Source: Felis catus (taxonomy: Eukaryota). Taken from it: DNA of 64,000 bases. The stretch lies in NCBI RefSeq assembly GCF_018350175.1, contig NC_058383.1, positions 8,806,001-8,870,000 on the forward strand, read 5' to 3'. The notes under the pieces were generated by a model. That model saw only the letters and a list, made by a program, of their open reading frames with translations. It was not told where the DNA came from and ran no database searches. Of the stretch, positions 50,640-63,680 are shown one piece after another. Position 1 is the first letter of the stretch. The number at the start of each line of letters is the position of its first letter. The position numbers and the translations under genes are program-made.

Positions 50640-50860
50640 TAGGGCAGCACGGAATTAAGGCCCGGATATTGGAGCCACACCCCTGGGGTCAGACCCACCT
50701 TTCGTTAGCTGTGTGTCTTGGGGCAAGGAACTTGCCTTCCCTGAGCCTGGGTTTCATCACTGGTTTTGTAAGGGTTCCAGGACATTCTTACGAGCAAATA
50801 GCTTAGAACAAGGCCTGACCTGTAATCTGTGTCATTCGGCTTCAGCGGTACCTCTTACTG
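50640..50860 (+). mobile_element. MIR fragment
   Basis: tagctgtgtgtcttggggcaaggaacttgccttccctgagcct. Confidence 0.65.
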
Positions 50861-51117
50861 CTGCTGGCCTCACCATCTCTGATCCGGGAGCCCTGGGTTC
50901 AAAGCACTGACTCGTAACCTATTTACTCACAGACCTCAGGTAGTAAACTTGTGCAGCGTCAGTGTCCTCGTGTGCAGAGTAGGAGTGAGTGGCCCTGAGG
51001 CCCTTCAGCTCCTGTCACCTGTGGTGGGTGAATTATGCTTATAAGTGTCCTTTTCTTTAACAAAGAGTTACAGGGTACCTGCCGTGTGCCAGGACCCGCA
51101 GTGGATGGTGGGAGAGC

Positions 51118-51140
51118 GGGGGGGGGGGGGGGGGGGGGGG
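51118..51140 (+). repeat. Poly-G run (G23)
   Basis: Read directly. Confidence 0.9.
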
Positions 51141-51429
51141 AGGCGCCAGGCCCTTCCAGAGAGGGCACAGTCTAACCAGGAGCCTTGCTGATGTGATAAC
51201 TCACACGTCGGTCGGACAGCCATTCTTCCACTTCACCTGTGAGGCGGGTGTTTCATTTCTTTACCTAGATGAGGAAGCGGAAGTTCTGGACTGTGAACCC
51301 CTTGCCCCAGAACGCTGGGCCCCGCAGGGGCTAAGCCAGGACTCGACTGGGTCTTTGTAAAATTATTCCCTAGGAGCAAACCTAAAGCAGAGTTTTAGTG
51401 CTAGGACCCCTTTTTATGAATGGATTTTC

Positions 51430-51595
51430 GGGCACCCAGTTGGCTCAGTCGGTTAAGCATCCGACTTCGGCCCAGATCATGATCTCACAGTTCGTGAGTT
51501 CAAGCCCCGCATCGGGCTCTGTGCTGACAGCTCAGAGCCTGGAGCCTGCTTCGGATTCTGTGTCTCCCTCTCTCTGTGCCCCTCCCCTGCTCGCA

Positions 51596-51640
<45 letters not shown>

Positions 51641-51679
51641 AAAAAAAAATGAGCGTTAAAAAAATTAAAAAAAAAAAAA
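51430..51679 (+). mobile_element. CanSINE (SINEC_Fc type)
   Basis: Full body with TSD gaatgg(a/g)ttttcg. Confidence 0.96.
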
Positions 51680-51733
51680 GAATGGGTTTTCGTATTCTTA
51701 AGTTAACGTTTAATTTTTAAAATTAATTCATTA

Positions 51734-51926
51734 GGGGCGCCTAATGACTCAGTCGGTTAAATGTCCGACTTTGGCTCAGGACGTGATCTCACGGTTCATG
51801 AGTTCAAGCCCCGCGTTGGACTCTCAGCTATCAGTGAGCCCACCTCGCATACTCTGTCCCGCTGTCTCTGTCCCTCCCCCGCTTGCGCGTGCTCTCCCTC
51901 TCTCAGAAATAAACATTTTTAAAAAA
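51734..51926 (+). mobile_element. CanSINE
   Basis: ggggcgcctaatgactcagtcggttaa...aaataaacatttttaaaaaa. Confidence 0.93.
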
Positions 51927-52659
51927 TCACTTAAAATCATAATATTAATTAATTAATATTAACTAAAACATGATTTAAGTGTTTCCGAAAACAGAAAAAT
52001 TCTTCACTCAACTTCATGGACCCTGATATTAATTTTACCTGAAGTGTCCCACGGGCTCTGTCACCGTCCCCTGATCCAAGTGTACCTCCCTGGACCCAGC
52101 GCCACACTGAGGCAAGGGGAAGCCCTCAAGGAAGGAGCCGGTTTGGCGTCTCTCAGCCTCTGTGGTCACCTTGGGTTCTCTCGAGAAAGCTGTCCATCCT
52201 CCGTGTCTACACGGGGCTCCTGAGCTAAAGGTTTTTGATTGAAGGGCTTTCTGGCACCATCCTGGACTGTAGCAACCAAAACATTTCAGGAGGAAATGAA
52301 TGTTTTTGCAGGTAGAGTCAGTTGTGGGTCCTTGAGGCGCTTAAACACTTCATCATGGGCTAAGTGCAGTGTTTACATGGCTCCGGTTCAGCCTTCCAGG
52401 AGCGGGCCTGCCAGGGCTCCCCCCGGGTGTGCGTTCCCAGTAGCTCCAGCCCCAGCCCCAGCCGGTCGGGGAGCAAACATAGGAAACGGGGCCAGCGGGA
52501 AAATATCTGTTGGGCTTGGCTGGCAGGACTCGGCAGAGAAACAGTAGAGTCTATAGATCTAGCAAAAGCCAAAACCGATCCGTTGGGTGTCTTAACGGAA
52601 TCGCCTGTTCTGGAAGGTGAGCCGTCTCTCGGCGAGCTCTAGCTCTGCGTGAGGGGCCT

Positions 52660-52850
52660 CACTGGGGCTTTATATGGTTGTCTCGTTTATGCCTCAAGAC
52701 ACCGCAGTCATTAGAGGTAGGTTTTATTATCCTCGTTTTACAAGTAAGGGAACGGGCTCAGAGGAGTTAAGTAATGTACCCAAGGTCACAGAGCTAGAAA
52801 ACGCCCAAGCAGAACTTGATCCTAAGTTGTCCTACTCCAGAACGCATTCT
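52660..52850 (-). mobile_element. MIR
   Basis: ttattatcctcgttttacaagtaagggaacgggctcagaggagttaagtaatgtacccaaggtcacagagctag. Confidence 0.85.
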
Positions 52851-53236
52851 TTCTCCCCCACGTCAAGCTACCCTCCTTCGTGTGCGTTGAATGAGACGGG
52901 ACGTAGTCAGGTCCTTTGTCAAGTAGTTAGAGACCAGTATTAGTCTAGGGCTCTGGGACACCACCTCAGGCCACCCCTTGAACCTAAACAAACCATAACA
53001 GTAGAAAACGCATCAGGCAGGCGAACCTACCAGGTGACTCTACCGGATGCAGTCTGCCTACTTTGGCCACTTGGTGTTGGCAGAAATACGGGGGGTCGGT
53101 AGGAAAGAGGAGTAAAACTGAGGTCCCTGTGGCCTCATCTTTCCCCTGCGGGAGTAAATGTAAGTAAGGTATTTGCCTAGGTTCAGGCATCTGTCTGTGA
53201 GTCTCGGGTCCTAGGTGCACCTTCCTTTCACGGTTC

Positions 53237-53276
53237 GGTTTTCCCTGGTTTTCCCTGGTTTTCCCTGATTTTCCCT
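53237..53276. repeat. 10-bp tandem repeat, (GGTTTTCCCT)3 plus GATTTTCCCT
   Basis: Read directly. Confidence 0.95.
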
Positions 53277-53468
53277 GTCTTGCATGGGGCTCTGGCATCT
53301 CACCCCTATTTGATATGGAAATGGCCGCCGGAGAAAAGAGGTCATTACGTAGCTTATCCAGGACTCAGACGCAGGCAGCTGGGGAGAGAGGGGAGGTGAA
53401 CGGGGTTCAAAGGGACATAACTCATTGGGGTCCTCCACCAATAGCTTCTGCTTTTATGTTCATTTAAG

Positions 53469-53687
53469 TTGTTTTGTTGTTGTTGTGTGTTTTTTTTTTT
53501 TTTTTTTTTTTTTTTTGGAGAGAGACAGAGACCACGTGAGTGGGGGAAGGGCAGAGAGAATCCCAAGCGGGCTCTGTGCCGCCAGCTCCAGAGCCCCACG
53601 TGGGCCTCAGACTCACAAAACTGAGACCATGACCTTGAGCTGAAATCAAGAGTCAGACACTTAACTGACTGAACCAGCCAGGCACCC
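53469..53687 (-). mobile_element. CanSINE
   Basis: Antisense body with a long T tail. Confidence 0.93.
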
Positions 53688-53701
53688 TCTTTTTATAATG
53701 C

Positions 53702-53888
53702 TTATTTTGTTAATGTTTAGTTTAGAGAGAGTGCAAGTGGAAGAGGGGCAGAGAGAGGGGGACAGAGAACTTGAAGTGGGCTCCACGCTGTCAGCACAAA
53801 GCCCGATGTGGGGCTCAAATTCACAAACCTCGGATCGAGACCTGAGCCAAAGTCAGACATTCAACCGACTGAGCCACCCGGGTGTCCC
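53702..53888 (-). mobile_element. CanSINE
   Basis: Second antisense body directly adjacent to the previous one. Confidence 0.92.
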
Positions 53889-54139
53889 TGTAATGTTTTT
53901 AGACTCTGCAGAGTGTTTTCACATCCTCTCCTGGCTCCTGAGCTGTCAGAGCCCCCACCCCCAAGACCTGGCACCCGTGAAGAGCGTAGGACCCCCTCTG
54001 GGTCGTGGAAGCCCAGAGCCGTGGGTACGTCCCTGCTGGGACAGACTCTGGGGACCTGGTTGTGGTGCCCACCCGGGCCTCTTGTCAGACTTGGAGAAGT
54101 CAGTTTCTGTTCCTTCCTTGAGAGGCTTGTCCGAGCCAG

Positions 54140-54290
54140 GGTCCTGACCCTGAACCCCATCAGACTCGCCGGGGAGTTTCCTGGGTCCTACCCCACACTC
54201 CCTGAGCCTGTGTCTCCAGGGTTGAGCCCAGAACCCATACATTTTCCGAAGCCCCCAAGTGATTCGGGTGCAACTGAATCGAGGCCCAGA
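54140..54290. mobile_element. MER5-like hAT-Charlie fossil
   Basis: ttcctgggtcctaccccacac...tctccagggttgagcccagaa...agcccccaagtgattc. Confidence 0.6.
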
Positions 54291-55834
54291 CGGACACGAG
54301 GGAGCCGGCGGTGCTGACCCTCCTTGTGACCGTCTCCTGGGCCCTTGTCTGCTTCTTCCTATCTCCCGTGTGTCTTCATGATGGGACAGCCAGGAAGTGA
54401 GCCACGTTTGGGCTTCAAGTAGAATGCTCTCTTCTGTCTCATTTCCAAGGTCTTACTGATTTGGGTGGATGATCTCATCTCATTTAGCTTATGTAAGACA
54501 CAAATGGCTTTGGCTGTGTTATGAATGAGGAATCTGGCCTGGGTGCCTGAGACATAGTTGATGTGCCCAAGGTCTCACACGGCCAGCTTGTGGCCAGGCC
54601 AGACTAGGACCCTGGCGTTGAGTAGATGGCCCTCTGGGACTGCCTGCCCCCAGGTCCCCAGCCTGAATCCAGGTTCAGCAGTGAGAGCTGCTGTTTTTAC
54701 ACATATCATGTGAGCCACTGATCCCTGGTCTGTGAACTTGCACTTGCCCGTTTAAAATCCCGGATCCCCCGATTTGGCTTGTTTTACCAGCTCTCCCTAA
54801 GAGCATTCGAAACCGTTGTTATGGCTGGCATCCCTCAGGTTGGAAAATTGATAAATAAATTAGATATTGTGGCTCAGTCTTTACCCCCCATAAGTCTGAC
54901 CTCCCCAGATATCCCTTGCATTGTGTCCCCAAGCCCGCCACCTCAAGGCGCCTCTGGCCACCCTTCTGAGCTGTCGGTCACCATCAGGTGGCAGCAGGCT
55001 CGGTCCTTTTCAAGCTGGCCTCGGCATCAGTCACTCCCCCTTATGCCCTATCCCTGCTCTTTCTGACCTCTCTGCCCTCCTGTGGTGCCCCCACCCTCAA
55101 ATGGAGCCCCTCTTCCTTCTGACAACTCCTGCCAACCCTCCACCCCCGCCTCTCCCTCTCACGGCTCCCAGGTGTTCCTGTCACTAGTGTCCCGGGCCCT
55201 AACCCCTGGCGTTGCCAGGAGGACTTGTCTCGGGTCCCCGTGGCTCCTGACCTTGGTTGTTGGCTGGCGTGGTGCTCCCCAAACTCTCTGTGGCCAAGGA
55301 CGGCTTGTTTGCTTATTCACTGCCGATCCGTTGCAGACCGATGGTTTTACAAAAGACAGTAAGAGCGTCACAGCCGTGGCGAACTGCTGTACAAGTTTCT
55401 AAATGCTCACTCTGCATTTCTCTGCGTGTCTCACTGTATCAGCAACAGTCTGTGAGCTGGCACCAGGCCACGGAGCACACTCCGGACAGAGCTGATCTGG
55501 ACAGCACGCGCCCTTTAAATAAGCTGGCGGGAAGACGCTCGCTAGGGCCATGTGCACGTCTGCCAGAAGTCAGGAGGAAATGAACCCACTTTATAATACG
55601 ACACAAACCAAAGAAACAGAAAAGAGTCACTCCTTTACACACAGAACTTGACATTCTTAAGTGACAAAAGTCCTTAATTTCCTGGGGAGGGGGCAGTAGA
55701 TATGAAAAATTATTTCCCTGACGACGGGCTGTCCCCCAACGTGAGAAGTCGGTGACCAGCATCGTGCGTGGGATGGATTGGCTGCACCTGCCGGCTGGGG
55801 CTGTAGCCGCTAGTGTTTTCCATCCCCGTGAAGT

Positions 55835-56005
55835 GGGGGCACCCGGGCGGCTCGGTCAATTGAGCGTCTGACTCTTGGTTTCAGTTCAGGGCATGATCTC
55901 ACGGCTCGTGGGTCTGGAGCCCCGCGTCGGGCTCTGTGCTGGCAGTGTAGAGCCTGCTTGGGATTCTCTCTCCCTCTCTGTCTGCCCCTCCCCCGCTCAT
56001 GCCCC
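55835..56005 (+). mobile_element. CanSINE lacking its 3' tail
   Basis: Head and (CT)n present; no AATAAA or A tail. Confidence 0.9.
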
Positions 56006-56108
56006 CAGCACACAGCTGGACCCTTTCTGTCACCTTATTCAGATCTTTGCACAGGTGTCACAATGTCAACGGGGCCTTTCCTGACCATCTTATTAAAACC
56101 CCACTGCC

Positions 56109-56349
56109 GGGGCACCGGGGTGGCTCAGGCCGTTAAGCCTCTGACTCTTGATTCTGGCTCAGGTCATGATCTCACGGTCCGTGGGTCCAAGCCCCCTGTC
56201 AGGCTCTGCGCTGGTGGTGCAGAGCCTGCTTAGGCGTCTCTGTCTCTGTCTCTGTCTCTTTCTCTCTCTCTGCCCCTCCCCCACTTGCACACACGTGCAT
56301 GCTCTCTCTCTCTCAAAAATAAATAAACTTTAAAAAAATGCAAATCAGT
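56109..56349 (+). mobile_element. CanSINE
   Basis: Full body with TSD taaaaccccac(tg/ca)cc. Confidence 0.95.
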
Positions 56350-56674
56350 AAAACCCCACCACCTAGCCCAAGTCTGACCCCGGGCCCCGCCCCCGCTTCA
56401 GTCTCCTGATGGCCTGGTTGCCGCCCGACACGCTTATGCTATCAGCCAACACATCTGATGCGGCTCGCACGCCCAGCCTCCTCCCGCTGGCTGGATGCTC
56501 CGTAACGACAGGGACCGTTGTCCTGTGCTCACTGTACGCCCGGCTCCTGGTGGGCACCCGGTAAATCCTTGTCCGCCGGCCGAATCCAGGCGCATTTGCC
56601 GTGCAGACAGGAAGGTGGTGCAGGGAGGGTGTTGGCGGGTCCGGGCGGAGGCAGGAGGTCACGCCTCACCCTGA

Positions 56675-57268
<594 letters not shown>

Positions 57269-60200
57269 TGAGAATTTGTTCTCCGTCAGGAAGCCAGAGT
57301 GACCGCTTAGGTTTTTCTTGGTCTGAACTCCAACCGTCAACAAGCGTTTTTCCCTCCTGTGGGAACAGTGAGGATCCCCTGGACACGTCTGTCAGAAGCC
57401 TGGGTGCACCGGGGCCGTCAGATCTTTCTGGAGAGCATCTTGTCTGGAACTGACCGCAAGTAGGGCAACCTTGAGCCTCCGTGAGGGAGCTAGAAGCAGG
57501 GTCCTGGGGCCCAAGACGGGGAGAGTGCCTTTGAACCCTTACCAGCTCTTGCCTGGACGGCACTACCCTCGATGGGCCATCCCTTGCAGGCAGCGCTTGG
57601 TAGAAGGCCCCATCCCGCGCCCACCCGTGGCCATGCTTCCCGGCCCGGGATGTCAGACTGCCACTTTGTGCACCTGCTGGTGAAGGGTTGGTCACGAGCT
57701 GTCTGCACAGACGTGCCCTCTGTCCAGCTCTGCCAACCTCTTAGTATACTTTTTAAAAATAATTGCACTTGATTTATTTCCAGCCTGTTGCAGCTAATGT
57801 AACGTGAAGGTAATCCTCGCACCCTAGGTTTGTGGTGCACCAGAGAGCCATGGGGCCTCGGAGGTAGCTTGTTTGACGCTGAGTGACAGGACTAGTGACG
57901 TGTGGGCCCAGCTCCCGGGCCAGATGTGCCCCCACTCCGCCGTGCCTCCCCAGCCTGGGCGATGCCCTCCCGGGCCTCCCGCCCTGCCCCGCGTGCGTGT
58001 GCAGAGCACATGAATGACGGCCGAGCACAGCCGTCCGTATACCAAATGCAGTACGTCCAGATGAGTTATACAAAAACATCAGGAAAACTTTTTCTTATAG
58101 AAAGTACTTCCAGGACGTAGTTAGGCCCGTTTGGATTTTTTTTTTTAAAACTGACATTTTCCTTCCCAGCGCACGACCGTGTCTCTGACCCAGAGCCGAG
58201 TTTCCAACAGGTTCTGTGCTCCCGTCAGCTCGTTGGCCTGACCTCGCTGACTCAGGGCCCCCACCGTACCTACCCCCTGGTCTCTTCCTGGCCCCTTCGG
58301 GGTGGATTTCACTCACTGTCCGAGGAACCGCTGGGTGCCTGGGCCCCTCGGAAGAGCCGGTCCTGCCGACTTTGGGGAGAGGGTTGAGGACCCGGTCACA
58401 TTTGTCATCAGCCCGTGGCATTTATTTCTTCTGAGTTTCTTACTCTCCCATCAGCCTGCCCAGTGAGCACTAGCACTCATTTTTTATTTCTAGATTAAAT
58501 TTAATTTTCTCATGTTACAGCCATTTCTGACCCCAGCAGTGGCATTATTATTAGATAATTTGCCTTCCTCTCCTTTGTTACAGTTAAGGGGTCTGACTCA
58601 GATACAATCCCGCATTTGACTATGAGAGGGAGGCTATAGACCTTACATTTTTTATTATAGAGCAATTTCTTCTAAATCAGTTAACGTTTTAATGTTTGCC
58701 TTCTCAAAAAAAAAAATGAAACGCAGTTTCACAAATTAATGTTCTTTATCCGTATCTTGGGGGAATTCTTTAATACGGTGCAGTTAATGAAACAATTTGG
58801 CAATACTTCTTCCAAAATTACCGCTCCCTTATCTTCATCTGATCTAATAATCAAAACATATCCTCTAGTAACAAGACTCTGATTCTAATTATCTTAACCC
58901 CTTGTCACCAGGAGTGAAGATCTCCCCAATATTGAACCCGCACGCAAAAGGCATCAGCATCCCCCAAAGAACGCGTCTATGCCTCCCTCACCCAAAGGAA
59001 CGAGGTTAATTGAACCAGTTCCCTTCCCGGGGCTTTTTTTTTTTTTTTTTTTTCCTAATGTGTATAATTTATAGTCTCAAATCTAAACTAAACAGCAATA
59101 CAATTATGAAGAAAATAGGAATGAGACCTGTCAAATGGGCAGCTTGCGGCTTCCGCAGTGGTGGCAGGGGGCGGGTCTCCGACCCAGCAGCGGTCCCTCA
59201 GAAGCAGCCAGGAGCCGCACCTGAGCTTGCCCTGGGGCTTTCCTTTCTTCCTCCTCCCTCTCCCGCCCCTCCGCAGCCTGTTCCTTCTTGGGCCGTGTCG
59301 TTCAGTTCTGGGGGACCCTGGGACGCGGCGCGTGGGGCTCGACTCGGGACCGCCGCTTGAGGATGCTGAGGCTTCCGGCCCGGCTCAGCTGCTTGACCTC
59401 GGGCGTGGTTTTGCCATGCATGTTGGCGATGGTCTTTGAGACAGATGCTCCTGCGCCTGATGGCAGTCACTGGTGGGGTGTGGGGCTGATCCCACAAGGC
59501 ACAAGTCATAACGGGCAGAGCCTTTACGCTGCGGCTTCTTGGGGTTTCTCGACCAGTACAGTACTTCTTGGTGGTAGCACTGAAATGGACCGTATCTGGG
59601 GACTCACTGGTTCGCTTTCTCTGACACCTTGGAACTCTCCATCTCTCGCAACCAGTATTTCCTCCCTTTGCCTCGACGATCGACTGGCAACCGTGTGAGG
59701 ATAAATGGACAGGTGGATGTTTTCCAGTCTCTCTTCCCGCCGTGCTCTGCTTTCTCGAGCCAGATTCACCCTAAACGCATCGCTCTCCACGCGCAGCGGC
59801 ATACCCTCTAGTCTTAGACGGCGAAACGCGCTCAGACGTGGATGATGTTTCTTCCTGTCTCATCTGACAAGTGCTCAAGCACAGTGCCACTCGTCCGGGC
59901 CAATTCCGTATTTGTAATTAATGAACTAACCCGACTGCCATTACAAGCCGGCTATTTTCGATAACTCTGTTCTGTGGTCTTCTGTTGGTGCACTTCAATA
60001 CGGAGGCAGTATAATTAGGCAGTCACCTGCACTCTACTTGCTAAAGCACAGAAAATAAAGCTCCCGATAAATAGCTTCCATTTAAAATGGCTATTTATAA
60101 GAAAGGCTAGCTAAAAGAATGCCATTCTCCCATTAGGAGAAGGTATATTTTTTAAAGATGGGTACTTCCCACTAAGGGGGTGGTGGGCAGGTGTATTAGC

Positions 60201-62489
60201 ATCACCTGGGGGAGGCTGTCTCCAAACCACATGCCTCCCCAACTCTCTGTTCCCCTCACCCCCATCTCCCGCAAGGTCCTGTTGAGCCACCGTGGAGCTC
60301 GCCTTGTCCCTCGGGGGTTTGGGCCAGGAAAAAAGAAACAACCACTTCCGTAGACTCACTTGGTGCCTTTGATCCTGGACGCTGCCTCTTTGGCACGTAG
60401 GTTCCCTCGCCCGGCAGCGGATTTACTCTGCGCTGAGGCCGCCTTCCGTCCTGTTTCGGTGAGCGTCCCATCGATGTCTCGGGCTCACCACACGAGCAGG
60501 CGTGATGGTGATCCGGTCTCACGGAGGAGGTCACTGAGGTGAAGAGAGGCCCGTGCACGCGCCTGCCCGCCAACAGGACTGACTTAGCCTGGATGGCACA
60601 GGCGAGCCCGAACCTCAAACGTCCCGACAGCAGGGAGCCCGGGACCGAGCTCCCCACAGCCTTGTCCTGGCTGGATCTTGAAGATGCTGTGAGCACAGAG
60701 TCAGGGAGAGGAAAGAAGAGGGTTTCCGTGGGGAAGAGGAGGGCAAAGGTGGCCCCGGTGCAGGAAGCAGAGGCGATCTGCGCAGCCGCGGTGGCGAGGC
60801 CCCGGGGGAGAGCACGCTGGACTCAGTCTCTGAAAACCTGAGGGGCTCCATGCTAGCAGCCTCGAGGTCCACGTGAGGATTGAGGTAGGAGCGGGAGGCC
60901 ACAAGTGGGCTCCTCCAGAGTGGCTGTAAACCCAGACCCATTACTGGAAACGTTTTCAGGAGCTGATTACTTACGGGAACCTACGACGCGTCCTCTTGGC
61001 AGGACACCCGTGCCCCTGGCCACCTGTAGATGGACCGAGGCGTTTCACCTGCAGGCCGCCCCGGATCGCGGCACACCTAGCTGACCATGACAGGCAACGT
61101 CCAGGCGGCGTGAGCACGGAGCCTGGGCCCTCCTGGTCTGTGATGGCGCCATTCCGTGAGAAGGAGTTGGCTGCCCAGGTCACACCTGGACCACAGCTCG
61201 TGGAAACTGGCAGTGACCCGTGCCGGGAGCGAGCCCTCCAGTATAACTGTCACTCCCCCTCCACGGCCTGGCCTTGTGCCCGCGGGCCCTCTGGGCTTCC
61301 CCCCACCCCACCACACCCAGCATCTGTAGATCCTAAATTCGCGTAGGAACCGTGGAGACCAAACGGGCTCCCCGTGCAGGTGGAATCCTAAGCCTGGACC
61401 TCAGACATGCAGTGTCTACCTGAGGGGCTAGACCTCAGACCCCCCCCCCCCACCCCGCCACCCCCACCGCCACCGCCCTGGACCGGGAGCCCGGTCACAC
61501 CTCCTCATTCATGACTGGTGGTCCCCGTGAAGACAGGGGTCACACCCTGATGCCCCTGGCCGGCGCTGTCGCTCCTAAGAAAACACGGCTGAAAGCCTGG
61601 CTCCGATCATCCCTGGAGGAAAGACGGAGGCGTCTGTCTGCCCACGGCAGTGCCCCCACCTGACCGGCCCACCGTCTCTGTTGGGGCAGAGATATGTTAC
61701 TGCCCGACCCCTGCTGTGCCGGCCAGAAGAAGGGCCTTGCTGAGGGTCTCTGCCTCAGAGGCCCCTTCATTTGGCAGCCCTAAAACAGGGGGCAGGCGTG
61801 TCAGAACTTGAGTAAGAGGCGTCTTTTATAAACGTGGCACCCGTCTGCCACACGCCGGTATGCCTTGCGTTTCAAATTAAATTTCCTTAATTCTTCAAGG
61901 CTTAGCCAGGTTCTTAAGCACTTCCTCTGGATAATTAATTCGTCTAGCAATTCAAGATAATTTGACGAGCACCTCCTGAGCTCCCGGAACGACGTGTGTG
62001 CTCCCTGTCACTGAACGGACGTGACCCACGTCGCGTGGTCCCCTCAGAGGGGCACTCGTGTGTCCTGCGTGTCCTCGCCGCGGCCCTTTGAAAACCCGTC
62101 GTCCAGATGAGGAGCGTGAGGCCCGACAGGCGTGAGCCCCTCACCCAAGGGGACACCCTTGCAGGCCAGGAGTGGGCCAGCAGCCCATCTCTGACCCTTG
62201 ACCTTTTCTCACCTCTCTGTTAAAGCCCAGGCGGTTCCTTCGCCAAGCACCTTTTCGGGAAGATACCCTGGTTCCCAGATGCTGCACACACTAGATGCGC
62301 TGCCTGCCTGCCACCGGCACTTCACGGCCAGCGCTGCCCCGGGCACCCGTGCTCCTCCTCCGTGGGTCTGCCGGGGAGCTGGGATGTGGAGAACTCCATA
62401 AGGGGAGCCCCCGGATTCAGAACCGGAGAGTCCCTTCCAGAATCGTACAGTCTATTCAGTACCACCCCCCAGGGTTAAAGTCCTAGCAA

Positions 62490-62710
62490 CCACGGTAACG
62501 GTAACAACCATTTGCGAAGCGTTTTGCCGCGTGCCAAGCACTTAGCATTATTTCCTCCAGTCCTCGCCAAACCACTATACCGTGTGCACCAAGACCCCCG
62601 TTTTATACATGAAGAAACTGAGTTCGGTGTCTTGTTAAAGGTCACCCCGCAACTAAGTGGCAGAGCCAGGCCTTGGCCCTGACCTGTCGGGCTCCGCAGC
62701 CCAGGCTTCC
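62490..62710 (-). mobile_element. MIR
   Basis: cccgttttatacatgaagaaactgag...aaggtcacc...ctaagtggcagagccagg. Confidence 0.85.
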
Positions 62711-63509
62711 AGTGAGCGCCTGGTCTGGCCTCAGCACACGCACCTTCTCGGTTCCTCCTGGAGTTACCGACAGGTGCGGCCGGCCTCTGCTCTAACTAGG
62801 TCTGATGGTAGAACCCAGTGACACGTTTGCTCTCTGGGCAGACAGCCACCTCTGCAGAAGCGATGCCACCGTTAAATGAGATCGCGTTTGGGGCACGGAA
62901 CCCGGCCCACCCCGAGGGACACCAGCGAAATCGGAGCGGAGCCTTCCTCCACAGAGAACGACAGACGGAGCACCTGTTGCCTTTCCAGATTGAGAGTTTT
63001 GGAAACTAGACTTCGCAGGCACCCAGCAGGGAGTTTCTGGTCTGAAGCCCAAGCAGAGGACCATCGATCTTTTTTCCACGGTGGGCATATCTGGTACCAC
63101 AGGCCGTGTGCCTCCTGCCCCTTCACGCCACTACGAGTGTGGCTCTGGGGACATCGCACTCCCCAGAGACCGTGGTGAAGACGGGCTCGAGGTGCTCACG
63201 GGTCAGGACAGGCTCTGTCAGGCGGCCCCGCCAGCCCGCATCCAATCATCTGCCCGAAGAAATGAATATCAGAGGTTTACAGATGCGGTCTTGGGTTCTT
63301 CTTGATTAAGATGCCCCCAGGGGGGTGACAAATTTCAGCAAAAGCTATTCAGTTCTCAGCGAAAAATGTCACATCCGACCAAGTTACACAGCTCCAGTCC
63401 TAAAACCTTCTAATTAGGGCCCATCACAGGTCTGCAAAGCCATGCTCCCTGGGAGGCTGGGCCGTGATGACAGCCCCACATCAAAGGCCCTGTGGCGCCT
63501 CATCTGCAC

Positions 63510-63680
63510 CAGGACCTTGCCCCGTGCTCTTCTGCTTGGCCCTTTGAGGTTGTTGCTGCCCTTCCCGTATTTCACAGATGAAACACTCATTACCGAGCCC
63601 CAAGGTGTCCAGCTCAGGAGTGACGGAACTGACTCCAGGTTCCGTGCCGCACCGGGTTCGGAAGCGCTCCGTATTTTCCC
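63510..63680 (-). mobile_element. MIR fragment
   Basis: atttcacagatgaaacact...cccaaggtgtccagctcaggagtgacggaactgactcc. Confidence 0.65.
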
